Assembly (NCBI GenBank): GCA_965644295.1
Contig: CBFFRP010000632.1
Coordinates: forward strand, 1 to 28,739
Direction: 5' to 3'
Length of the DNA stretch: 28,739 bases
Source: Paraphysomonas bandaiensis
Lineage: Eukaryota; Protista; Chrysophyceae
Of the stretch, positions 1 through 10,996 are shown piece after piece. Position 1 is the first letter of the stretch, and each line of letters begins with the position of its first letter. Made by a program: the position numbers and the translations under genes. The notes under the pieces are model-generated. The model was given only the letters and a program-made list of their open reading frames with translations. It was not told the origin of the DNA and did not search any database.

Positions 1-576
1 GTATCATTACGCTCTCTCCATGACTCTAAATTCCTTCCTCCGGCTGGCGGGTCCTCCAAGCCAAGATGGGTTTCGGTTTTTCTTCATTAGATGCATCTTG
101 ATTTTTCTCGCTGAATAGTCTGCTTGGTTCTTGTCAAACTGCATGGCTTCTTGTCATCTTCCCCATCCCTACAACTAGCATTCGCTACCATAACAGAAGT
201 TGACATTATTTGCTAAAGGTTTACTATTCTCAACTGATAAGATGAAATTATAAACATTACATGATAAAGAACCTAAGTTGTGTTCGATGTGTTCAACACC
301 ATTCATTTACTACTATAGTGTACAACCACACACTCAGTCATCGTATCCTGTATAGTCATCCACTTCTACTTCAGTTTCATACTACATAATATAATGTACT
401 AATTACATATATATCTTTCGATCCTTGCATCTCACATAATACTGCACTCAATTGCAAGTATATAGAATCTTCAGATCTCAACATTAAGAATATAAATAAT
501 ATATAAAGTAATTAAAAGTTATTAATAATATATAAAGTAATTAAAAATATATAAAGTTAAATTAGCAAAGAGAAGG

Positions 577-606
577 AATTACAACTGCAAGCTTGCAGTT
601 GTAATT
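577..606. repeat. Perfect 30-bp palindrome AATTACAACTGCAAG/CTTGCAGTTGTAATT
   Basis: Directly self-complementary. Preceded by an AT-rich duplication (aataatatataaagtaattaaaa x2, ~496-546) and followed by a CCCC-TTGA-GGGG hairpin. Confidence 0.9.
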
Positions 607-1138
607 GGAAACACTCGAAGAGAAGAGCCCCTTGAGGGGTTGGGGTAGAAAAAGGCTTGTCCTTGTCCCGCCTCCCTCGTTTTATGAAAATCAACTCGTG
701 CCTATTCAGTAGATTTTGTAATATAATGTTCGCGTATACAAAGCAAGTTGAATTTGTCTCGAACGAAAATCATGCTGTTAGACAGTCCACAAATCCATTC
801 TACTACTTCAAACTACGACTTTGTTTTAGCTTACTTTATTATATAAAGTAGAGAACAAATATATATATAGCTCACTCTTTTAGATTACTGATAAAGTTGA
901 AAGTCTAATAATTTAATCATAGTAATGAAGGCATCTACTGTTATTATTTAATCATGGGAATTGGATAGGGTGGAATTGTAAAGTGGGTATAAGACAGCAT
1001 ACAATTTAGTTCATACTAACTGTATAGGCATATATGTGCATGAAATTATGGGGTAATGAAAAAAGTTTCACAGCTTCAACCGATAACAGCATCCATTGGC
1101 TTTTTGCCGACAATATCAGGTGCATGCCTCAATTTCAA

Positions 1139-2232
1139 TTAAATTGTAACAGGCATTTTAGCAACACCACCGAACTTAGCGCTGGAGTACTTTCTGGATA
1201 CAGCAGTTTGCGAAGTAGAAGGATTTGCCATGTACTCGCGCATCAGTGCGCCGCACTCTTCGAGGTCTGGCTCGTCATACTTTGTATAGTTAACAAGGGT
1301 AGGGCTCCAAGGATGGCGGCGTAGCGACATTCGCGATGCGTGAATAGCTTTAGCAGCAATGACAGATGGAAGAAACTTAAGAGTGGAGTACTCCTGGAGG
1401 GAGCGCTCAGCTAGGTAACAGGCCATCTGTACCATAGTTCGGTCCGCATGGGCAGCCTTGAGATAGCGGCAGAGGAAGGTGTGAATTGTGGGAATGGTTA
1501 AATTGTAGTTCAACGCCTGAGCAATGTCGGTTTCCATGTCAAGAATTTCTTTTACGGTGTATGCACGATCGGTGATGAAAACCAAATCATGCAGCTCAGG
1601 GGGATAAATCTCCTCATATTTAGCTGCCAGCTGTGCGAATGATTATAAAATCACAAACAAGTAATATATTTTCTTACCAGTAGAGAAGAAACCCCAACCA
1701 ACTGAAGTTTAGACCTGCGAACTTGGTTTTTCTCGAGGTAGCGATCGATGATGTTCACAGTGAGGTATAAAGTCTCAGGGACCATCTTAAACTTGAGGTG
1801 CACTTCGACGAGCCAATCAACCAAAATGGAGCGCATTCTCTCGTTAACAAAAGACTGTTTGCTCATGTAGTTAGCATTAACCATGGCTTCTTTTTCTGCA
1901 TCCCAGAAGAAGTTGTACATGCCGTTCACATATTTGGAGCACAGCAAAGTGTTGTCGGCATCACGTGAATCGATGTTATCCGCTTCGCGCTGCATATAAG
2001 GCCTGTCATCATCCATCATATTGACAGGCTCACGAGGCTCCAAGACAATCTCATTGATGGTGGCTGGTGGAATAGTAGCCGCTGGCTTTTTCGCTTGATG
2101 ACTAGCCTCTGGGCCATAGCTGTTGGTTATATCAACCAAAGCCTTTCTGGTGCGAGTTGATGGTCCTCTTGACTGCTTGGAAACACCTTGCTCCATATCC
2201 GAGTTGTCTGCGTACTTCTTTGCTGCTCTCAT
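1139..2232 (-). CDS. Mitotic B-type cyclin, 2 exons (2232-1678, 1630-1139), ~348 aa
   Basis: D-box RKALVDITN; cyclin box MRSILVDWLVEVHLKF...ETLYLTVNIIDRYL...LQLVGVSSLL|LAAKYEEIYPPE joined across a 47-nt GT-AG intron; C-terminal cyclin fold. The start at 2232 is inferred (the ORF is open further upstream). Confidence 0.93.
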
Positions 2233-2733
2233 CTTGTAGAAGGTGTTTATATCTCTTATATGTATCAAGGATAGAATCGTGGAATTATGACTTCTGTAGC
2301 CATCGGTATGTTGCAAAAAGAGTCGTTGACTTTGTGCAGAAATAATCTCAACGGTCACTCTCAAAGGACTGCACCAGCAGCAGAGCGATTGTCTAGGTAT
2401 TTTATGTAATACAGTGTACATCATGTATTCCAGATATTCTTTGTGGCATATATGGGAGAAAAAAACTGTTTATATCGTATGGAAAAACACGCACCCCAGA
2501 GCTGTATGTATCACTGTACCACACTACGATCATACATATATGTATACGGAGGTACTGTATGTATACAACTGCACAGTCCTCTCTCTCCTCTCTGTGTAGC
2601 TACCATGTTAATGTTATCAGTGTAGTAATAAACAGCCAGCTTATAACACTTATTACGCAGGAAAGTTAACCTGCTCCGAGCTACTCACGGCCTGCTCACT
2701 CCGTACTCTTGATTTCGTGTGTTTCTATTGATC

Positions 2734-4640
2734 ATGGACCCCTTATGGCATGCTATGAGCAAACTGCGCAGAGGAAAGCTGGACGAATGCATCGAAATAT
2801 GCAACCAGCTTTTGACTGAAACCCCCGGCGATCAGGTAGGTCGATTAGTGTCTTTGTAATTTTCAATGAACGGTTTCAGGCGACTTGGCTGGTGAGATGC
2901 AAGGCAGTTACCCGACAAAATTATCTAGACGACATTGAATTGGATGAAGAAAGCATTGCGGATATAGTAATGGATGAGAATGCAGTGGCATCTATGCCGA
3001 GGTTGGGCAGTATTTCCTGCTGCTAGATTGCAAAACTTACGTTTTATTTTATTCGTAGGCCTGGTACTTCCTTGAGTACACCTCAAGTTGGAAGAGGCAC
3101 TGCTGGATTCGACCAAGGTGTTCGCCCTGTCTCACAATCAGGGAGGCCTGTTACTGGCTTCTCGCGCCCTACGAGTTCACGTCCTATGAGTGGTGCTAGC
3201 GTGCGCGATACTTTACAGAGCAGCCGTCGTTCTGGCACAGCGCGCCCGATGACCACCTTGGGCAGAGAAATGCGGTTAGGTACTGCTTCACTTTCTTCCT
3301 CTACTATGGGTCCTATGGTTGATGTGGAACGCTTCAATGTCGCAAAGTATGCCACCCGGACGGGTTTGGCGATGGCGGTAGTTGACTATCTGCTCTATGT
3401 GGAGCATAACACGCGAAAAGCCCTGGAGTTATGTGCAGAAGCAACCAAGGCGGTACGTACCACGCCATAACTGGTTTTATGTTTAGGGGCTCATACTGTA
3501 TTCCAGTGCGATTTTAAGGACTGGTGGTGGAAGGCCAAGCTGGGGAAGTGTTATTATAAGATAGGTCTGTATTAAAAGTTGTTGCTCTCAAGGAATGAGT
3601 TTGTGTCGTAGGGTTACTGCGGGAGGCAGAGCAGCAGATGAGGTCATCCATTCGCGCTCAACCTATTGTTAATACCTACTTGGAGCTGTGTAATGTATAT
3701 CTCCGACTGGATCTTCCCAATACTGCTTTGGACCTGCTATCAGAAGCCTCGTACGTTTCCCTTTACCACCATCCCTTTGTCTGATTATGTCATCCATAGG
3801 AGTAAGTTCTCAGCAGAGCCGCGATTATTGCTTGGCATGGCGCGCATTTACGACGCTCTCAATGACCCTGCTAATGCCATTGTGCATTACAAGAAGGTGT
3901 TGTCCATTGATGCATCCAATATTGAATCCATCGCCTGTCTGGGCGCACACTTCTTTTATTCAGACCAGGTGATGTGATTCATCTCTCAGCTAATGGTGGT
4001 ATTTAATGAGAAATTCTTATGTAGCCGGAGGTCTCTATCCGCTATTTTCGCCGATTGCTGCAGATGGGAGTCAATTCCGCGGAATTGTGGAACAATCTCG
4101 GCTTGAGTTGTTTCTATGCGGCACAGTACGACATGGCGCTCAATTGTTTCGACCGCGCACTCAGCATGGCCTCGGATGACTGTATGCCAGATATATGGTG
4201 GGATCATCAGTGTATGCCTCAAACTTGAGTTTAACAGTGTGTACAGGTATAATATCGGGCATATTGGTGTGGCATTGGGTGACCTCGGTATGGCCTACCA
4301 GGCTTTCAAAGTAACTGTGTCGATTGACCCATCACATGGTGAAGCCCACAATAACATTGCTGTACTTGAAATGAGAAGGCAGAAAACAGATCTGGCCAAG
4401 TCATGTATAGGAACAGCAATAGAGGTGGGGCCGCATCTGTTTGAGCCTCTGTACAATAGCGGTGAGTAGATCCCATTCGTCTTGAGTGATTTAATTTGTG
4501 TCGTAGCCCTGTTTGCCTTCAGGTCGGGTGAATTTCAAGAGGCTTTCAATTTGGTCACTAAAGCATTGTCAGTGTATCCTAATCACAGTGAATCGAAAGA
4601 ACTAAAAGAGAACCTCGAGAAATTGTTTGGTGCAATTTAA
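2734..4640 (+). CDS. BBS8: BBSome subunit BBS8/TTC8 (TPR protein), 9 exons: 2734-2835, 2880-3001, 3059-3452, 3507-3564, 3612-3750, 3800-3968, 4025-4197, 4247-4461, 4507-4640; ~501 aa
   Basis: The spliced frame stays open through eight 44-57 nt GT-AG introns. Family motifs: MPRPGTS, RPVSQSGRPVTGFSRP, DWWWKAKLGKCYYKIG, ELWNNLGLSCFYAAQYD, WYNIGH. Confidence 0.95.
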
Positions 4641-6164
4641 TGATAACTTTATGTGAATGTATTTTTCAAAATGGTCTGATCGAATAGCAGCTTCCCTGTC
4701 TCCGTAGCTAAGTACGACTGTTATCGTATGAGTCGCTGCCTTGAGATGCGTATTTCTCTTTTATTAGATGGTGGGTTTTAGCTGGACACTGTTTTGCTTG
4801 TACAACAAGGGTTGTCTTATTGTTGTGCTTGGAGTTTGCAATATATATCTTCTGTTCCTGGTAATAATGTAGTACTAGCGATTTGTTGTAGCTTGACCGC
4901 AGCACTCTGGGAATTCTATATTTAGAAATGGTGCACGTCAGTTCGTGTCCCATTCATGTATTCGTGTCGAACCTGGAGATCCATATTCTTACATAATATA
5001 CAATTCTTGCGTTACAATTAAAAGTTTACGATATACACTTGCATAACTTTAATTAGTATTTTACAATAATCGACGCAGGTTATAGTAAATTTAAATTGTT
5101 GTCCCAATTTCAATTATTTCAATGCCAATAATTGATAATTAATCGAAATAAATTCAAAATCAATTAATTGTTACGCAGTCGTGATTTATATTCACGTACT
5201 ACTGTTAGAAACTGTACTGCACATTGAAGTAGCGGTTAAGATTCAAATGTAAATGGTACTACTTGCAGCGAAAACTTCAGTACAATACGTACATTGCAGT
5301 TAGACTTAATATTGAGTAAAACTGAAAGTTAATAGTAATGATGTATAGGAATCGTGTAAGTGTCAATTAATAAGAACATCTGGCCATAAATGAAAAAAGA
5401 ATAGGGTGCATGTTTAAGATTTAGAGACATATAGTCATTGTTTATGTGACAAGTATAACCGATGTTGCTAAATTTTTATAATCTGTTGGTTTAGTAATCG
5501 TGAGTTGAATAAATTGGCGAAGTCTACATATATTCAAAGTATACTGCATGTATTTAGTATAAAATTAGAAATATAAAATTTAAATGTCGTGTATGAAATA
5601 TGAAACAATCACGTCGCTCAAGGACAAAATTAACTGTACTGTATGTATTATTTAATGAGTTAATGTGAATAATATTCGAGTACACCATTATCAAAACAAG
5701 TACAGTACTTGATAATCGATACTACTACATTGTACATTACAGTCACTACGTTTAATTGTATTATATGTAACATTTCTATATAAAATATAATGGATCCGTA
5801 AGCTAGTAGCTAAGCAATGCAAGGTTTCAGTAAATACTAACACTAAACCGCTGCGGCGGATTAAGTAGTATGGACTATTACTTATTTCACTAACCCTGGA
5901 AAACAGAGTTCACACTTGTGTTAACGCTTACATGGACGTATAATAAAACAGTATAATATGTGGGATAGTATTAAGGCAGTAGTTATATTCTCTTTTTCAA
6001 TAATAAGACATTCACTACTACTCTCTTTTTCAACTTCGAAACGTCTTGATGTGCCTCCATACCAGAAAAATATATATTTTTTAAAGTTGTCACAAACAGC
6101 TATTTTCTACAACTCATTGAATAGGCTATAATATAAGTTAACAATACAGCATATTGGCTGAGTG

Positions 6165-7148
6165 CTATTTATACTTTTCCCAGAGAGTAATAAGAGATTC
6201 ACACTGTGGTTCATGCTTCTTTCGCCCGTCTTCGTAGCATTGTTTTGAGCACCAGTATAAAGCTTTGGGGCATAAATGAGTACACTTTCTGCACGTCATA
6301 TATGATTCACTGCTAACAGGTTGTTTGCATTCAAGGCAGGATGTCAATGGTGGTACACCCCACTCGTATTTGAATACCATACGCTCAGTGCCCTCAGCGG
6401 TCTTGAAAGATATCCACTTTCCTTTACCCCTGTGATGCGTACAGTTGACGGTAAACCTTATTGCATCACTGTCTATGAGTGCAGCAAACATCGGAAACTG
6501 ACCGGGACCGTCAAGGTCCTCGTCTTCGAGTGCGTCTTCCTCGCCATTCGACTGTTTGTCACCCGCACGTAGTTTCTTCAAAGTTAGTCCTGATATCTCA
6601 CGTGCACGCTTGCGAACAAAAGACCACGGCACACCATATGTCCTCGATCCTATCTGGTCTAAAGCCTCGTCAATCAGATGAACCCAGAACCTAATTGTTT
6701 GCCACTTGTGGAGAGGAGAGAGGTTTACTCTGACCGGATGATATTGACACACTGGACAAGGTGCATATTTGCCATCACTAGGTGCCAGGCCTGTATAGCA
6801 GCGAGAGTGAAAGCAATGACTACACTGCAACTGAACGACACTACATCTCTGAAACTCTAGCCCGTCTTCATCCCACATCGCCCTCTTGCATATGGGACAG
6901 TCGTCTTCTATGTGTATGGACTTGGACACTATCACCTCTCTAGAGTCACTCTCTTGTTTTGTGGAATTAATCACATCTTCAACTGTAGATACTCCTCCTT
7001 CCCCAGGTCCCTCATCCTTATAAGATGATTTCAATAACATGCTCGCAATGAATCGCACTGATAAAACCACTACAGTGGCCACGAACACGGACCGGACCAT
7101 GGCCGGGACATCAATCAACGAGGACACCGCTTCTAATAGTGTAGACAT
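6165..7148 (-). CDS. Intronless N-terminal TM + RING-H2 + C-terminal MYND-type zinc finger protein (putative E3 ligase)
   Basis: Hydrophobic SVFVATVVVLSVRFIASMLL; CPIC...CSHCFHSRC...CPVC (C3H2C3); CLEC...CRKC...YWCSKQC...HEPQC (MYND spacing). Confidence 0.8.
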   Translation of the reverse strand: MSTLLEAVSSLIDVPAMVRSVFVATVVVLSVRFIASMLLKSSYKDEGPGEGGVSTVEDVINSTKQESDSREVIVSKSIHIEDDCPICKRAMWDEDGLEFQRCSVVQLQCSHCFHSRCYTGLAPSDGKYAPCPVCQYHPVRVNLSPLHKWQTIRFWVHLIDEALDQIGSRTYGVPWSFVRKRAREISGLTLKKLRAGDKQSNGEEDALEDEDLDGPGQFPMFAALIDSDAIRFTVNCTHHRGKGKWISFKTAEGTERMVFKYEWGVPPLTSCLECKQPVSSESYMTCRKCTHLCPKALYWCSKQCYEDGRKKHEPQCESLITLWEKYK

Positions 7149-7380
7149 GTTGATAGCAAGTATCGTCTGACTCCACTCGTATTAGTATGTCCACATAATC
7201 TGGTCTCTATTTAATGTGATGCTCCATATGATGTCAAAGTGTGATTTTCCTCTAAAAATACCCACTTTTACAGTACCTCTCCTCCAAAATCAAGATATAA
7301 TGCTACATATACGGTATACAGCTACTGTATAGTATATATCTAGATAAAAACTCCTACAAAAATATCGAACAGCTGAGTAC

Positions 7381-7386
7381 AAAAAA
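7381..7386 (-). terminator. Pol III terminator (T6) of the 5S rRNA gene
   Basis: TTTTTT on the minus strand directly at the 5S 3' end. Confidence 0.8.
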
Positions 7387-7504
7387 CGGACAGTACCCGG
7401 ACTTCGCACGTGGTCACCCACCGTACTACTAACCCGGCCAGATGCAACTTAACTTCCGCGAGCGGAACGAGAGCGGGTGCGGTTTGCATTGTATGACCGT
7501 CCAT
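7386..7504 (-). rRNA. 5S rRNA gene (~119 nt), single copy in the window
   Basis: The minus strand reads ATGGACGGTCATAC...GAAGTTAAG...GGTTAGTAGTACGGTGGGTGACCACGTGCGAAGTCCGGGTACTGTCCGT. Helix I (ATGGACGG/CTGTCCGT) pairs, box A and box C-like motifs are present, and the length fits. Confidence 0.95.
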
Positions 7505-7525
7505 ACTGAGCCGGTATGGTTTGTG

Positions 7526-7535
7526 TAATATATAT
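7526..7535 (-). promoter_or_regulatory. TATA-like element at about -22 to -31 of the 5S gene
   Basis: ATATATATTA on the minus strand, at a position typical of 5S upstream elements. Confidence 0.5.
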
Positions 7536-7617
7536 GCACAAATGAATACAGAGTGCAGTAGAGTCTCATATGCATGGGGCTTGTACTGCAGTTAGATCAT
7601 TGTGGAGCCTTGAAGAT

Positions 7618-8360
7618 TGTTTAGAGCACTCTGTCTCTTGTCTCATCAGTGGCTGGTAGTCTTGTCTCTTGTAGTGTATCCGGGAGTGAGATGGTATTGT
7701 GAGGAGGTAGTGTGGCGGGGATCGGGTTACGTCTTCTCTTCAATATGGTTGTCTCGATCTCTCTCTCTGTGGTCTCATATGTCGCTGATGGATTCCTCTA
7801 ACGGTCATTGTAATACCTCTTCTGGTTGAGGCGTCCAGTCAGTAACTCTTGTCCACATTTAATGAGGAGGTCGTCATTCTCGGAGATATCTTGATCTGTT
7901 CGAATGCATATTTTGCTTTTTTTAATGAATTCATCTTTAGTTGCTTGTTCCTGGAGAAGATCGGTTATGTAGTCAGCCGTTCGCTGTATTCGTTGGTAGA
8001 GGTGGTCGAAGGCGTCAATCGCAAATGTACTGGCGCTATTGTATTCAGAGTAGTATATAGGTTTTCGAGCCTCTGTAATTGGTAATTGGGAGTCTGGTGC
8101 CCGTGTATTCTGCGATCATTTTACAGGTCTTGATGTCCTGCATGACTTACCTTCTCGGTGTATGCTTTGGTGACGACTTTCCGACCTTGTCAATTACAAG
8201 CATGTGGACGAGTGTGTCGCGGGGGTGTTCACAATCAGAGCATTGGGTTTTGTGTACTCTAATTTTGTTGTTTTTGCCTTTTGCACGATTATGACAATTG
8301 ATGCAGGATTTATCTGGACGTAGGCGGTTTCTCTTGTATAGGCAATGGAGTGTAGTCCTA
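7618..8360 (-). pseudogene. Decayed A/C-rich ORF with CxxC...CxxC-x7-H motif; probable retroelement remnant (copy 1)
   Basis: Minus-strand translation KSCINCHNRAKGKNNKIRVHKTQCSDCEHPRDTLVHML, then long reading segments broken by stops and frameshifts; shares motifs with 10728-10790. Confidence 0.5.
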
Positions 8361-8844
8361 TGACGTTTTGTATGTATTTTTTATAACTAGCTACAATTTA
8401 CTATTGCTCAAGTTACAATAATCAAAAGTTCAGTAAGTATTTTATTTTGAGGGTGAGACGCATGCCACTAAGTGCCCATTGTGCCCCCAGATGTCAAAGG
8501 ACCTCGACCTTGAAAAGTTGTTGAAACTCGAGGACCTAAACATCAGGACAGAGGGTGAACAGTCAATAGAACATGTGTAGGTAGAAGTTGAACCTTGGGA
8601 GTTGAAAAAAAGAGCAATGAGTTCAGCCCCAGAAGTTGTAGGAAAACGTAGTAGATGCAGAGTAACTACCTATTTTATACTTTATATCTTATTATTTATT
8701 ATAATATATCATTACTAAAATACTTCAGACTACTTGAACAATATTTCGGGATAAATTATGATTAAATATACTCGTCGAATATGGTTTTTACTCAAAAATC
8801 CGAATCGACAAACGTTTTATCAAAGCCAGCTTACACTCTCATCG

Positions 8845-9403
8845 GAGTAGTGTCGAATGTCTTAGTACTTGCAATAGGCATAATATAAGAGTCAGTGTTT
8901 AACTCTAGTATCCTATTATTTAACGCTATGGAGGCTGCTTGTGCGTCACCGCAAATACCAAGGTGCAACCACTTTTGCTCTGTCACTCAAAGCAAACGCA
9001 TTGAGCGAGCCAAAAGCTGATATACCTTTTAACATCTGCTGACTTCAGGTTTTTTGAGTCCTTACGGTGAGCATCCTGGATGCTTGACTTCAGCAGGCAG
9101 CCCAATACCCCGGATTCCCTCGCGGTAGATCCATTTCTCCCCTCAACAAAGTCGGAGTTGCACCTTTTCGTGGTGTTCTGGGAAATAAGTACCAGAGATA
9201 TTTCTCCCCGGGTGCTGTTTAGGTGGGCCCATTCTTGGATGCCTGTTTATTCGTCAGGACCCAAAGTCCCCTACACAAGTGACACTTATTGGTGTCCCTT
9301 GTGCCACACAAGCATTCGGCTATGAGTGGGCAGAACAATATCTGCTGACCATATATGCGTCCCACTTATCCTCCAGAACAGCACAAAAATTTGCGAGTTC
9401 GAC
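8845..9403 (-). repeat. Dispersed structured repeat, copy A (minus-strand module order X-Z-inverted X-Y)
   Basis: The reverse complement aligns by eye with 17197-17709 and 10997-11277 over hundreds of bp. Confidence 0.9.
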
Positions 9404-9949
9404 ATTCACCGGAAGCGACTAACGTCATCAACCACAGTGGTAAAAGTACGATAATCATTCACAGCATACACACTGCCACAAACTCTAGTGACAGAAAAGA
9501 TTTTGTCGCGAGCAGAGTAAAAGTAGTCATGATGTCATTCATATGATCAATTTTCCTCCGGTCTCACATGCTCTCTCTCCTGCGTGAACCTAGCGTTGTC
9601 ATATATATGCTAATAATATTCACTACTTATACTTTTAAAATGCAAATCTTTACTACAAATTTTCATGTAGCTTTGAACGGGCACCATGTTGGTTCTCAGT
9701 TCAAAAGTGCACAGTCAGCGTCAGGCAGAATGAATCATTCAAAAAGACATGGAAAAAGCTCCCAAGAAAACAACATGGCTGGAGATTAAACAACAATATA
9801 TAGTATCCTTGATTATTGAGACACCTAATTTCTTAGAGCAGTAATAAAATACTCAACTAAAAATTGATGAACTACAGCTACGATTTAAAAAGAATAATTC
9901 GTAGACGCGCACTGAAGAAATTTTGACATGAATTTGCTTAGTTTGACTT

Positions 9950-10900
9950 GTGGGTCAGCAAAATTGACGTATGTGTTGGAGTAGTGAGGATAGGGTCCTC
10001 ATATACTTAGTTTGCAGGTGATGGTTTGCGGAGTATTGCTGTGGCGTTCCTGCTGCAAAGAAAGTGTTGGCGGAGTCTCTTTTGTCGTATTGGATGGGGT
10101 TGTAATGTATAAGAAAGTCTGTTTATTACTTACTTGTTGGCTCTTTTTAGAAGTGTGATAGAACGAAGCTAATTTCTACCACAGTTTTGGTGTACGAATA
10201 ACAGTATCAGTAATGTGGGGTTGTAATGGGGTGGAGGGAGAAAGATGAAGGGGGGGTATAAATGAGAATCTGGGATTAGAGGAGTGTAGTACCAAGGAGT
10301 TGTGCTAGACCGCCTGGTCACTCCAAGTAACCTCAATATATACGTGAATGTTTGAAATGTATTCGCCTTCGTAGTCGGGGAGGAAGTCGGTTAGTCTGGT
10401 TCGCTGTGGTGAAGTAGTCGTAACTTCTTTCCTGCATACTCTTTCCTGCGGCGAAGAGGGGTTGTAGCATTATGACGGCAGCAGATTCAAAGGTGTTTAA
10501 CTGATGGGTAGTAATAACGATATATCTGGGCTCCGCGCACCAAGGCCAGCTGATCCTGAATGACGAAGCCTGTCTAAAATCGCTCGAGATGGGTTGTAGG
10601 CTTGTGTTATCTATCATGGTGGTAGATTAGAGTCCCGTCTGAGAGCATGGATGGCTCCTTTGTGCTGTTGGAACTGAGCGTTTGGGCGGTCAAGGCATAT
10701 ATATGTACTTGGTAGAATCTCTAAAGAATGTGCACAGTCGGAGCAGAAAGATTTGTATGGATTGATACTTCTTGTTGTTTTGGCGCGATTGAAATATCTG
10801 TACTACTATATTATTATGATTTGTCCCTCGTGAGAGCAGCATTTAGAATTCTTTGTTGGAAGCTGAATAGACTGTCTTCTTTTGCTGGTTTGTCTTGTTC
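9950..10900 (-). pseudogene. Decayed A/C-rich ORF; probable retroelement remnant (copy 2), boundaries approximate
   Basis: Minus-strand FNRAKTTRSINPYKSFCSDCAH matches the copy 1 motifs with synonymous codon differences; same strand bias. Confidence 0.45.
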
Positions 10901-10923
10901 TCATGTAATAATCAGACATTCGA

Positions 10924-10946
10924 TTAGGGTTAGGGTTAGGGTTAGG
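10924..10946 (+). repeat. Interstitial telomeric repeat (TTAGGG)3TTAGG
   Basis: Exact hexamer repeats read directly from the sequence. Confidence 0.9.
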
Positions 10947-10996
10947 ATATGATATTCACCAGCATCATCTTCGTTATTTTAAATCACAAGCAGCGC

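Noticed and set aside
1-170. Possible minus-strand coding fragment at the window start
   Set aside because: All frames are short, with no recognisable motif.
1651-2424. 257-aa ORF as a standalone gene starting at 2424
   Set aside because: It is cyclin exon 1 plus intron read-through; the first ~64 codons look non-coding.
2599-2612. X-box-like GCTACCATGTTAAT upstream of BBS8
   Set aside because: Three mismatches to the consensus, and RFX factors are not expected in the inferred lineage.
5826-5850. Helitron-like 3' end (GC hairpin then GTAGT); similar string at ~14235-14253
   Set aside because: No exact CTAG terminus, short hairpin, and no Rep/helicase remnant.
7618-7650. Minus-strand CTGATGAG...CTCTAAAC hammerhead-like string
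   Set aside because: It lacks GAAA and convincing stems.
8800-8860. Degenerate minimal hammerhead on the minus strand (CCGATGA...AAAACGTT within TCGACA/TGTCGA)
   Set aside because: Both core motifs are mutated, stem II is absent and the motif is not reproduced in other copies.
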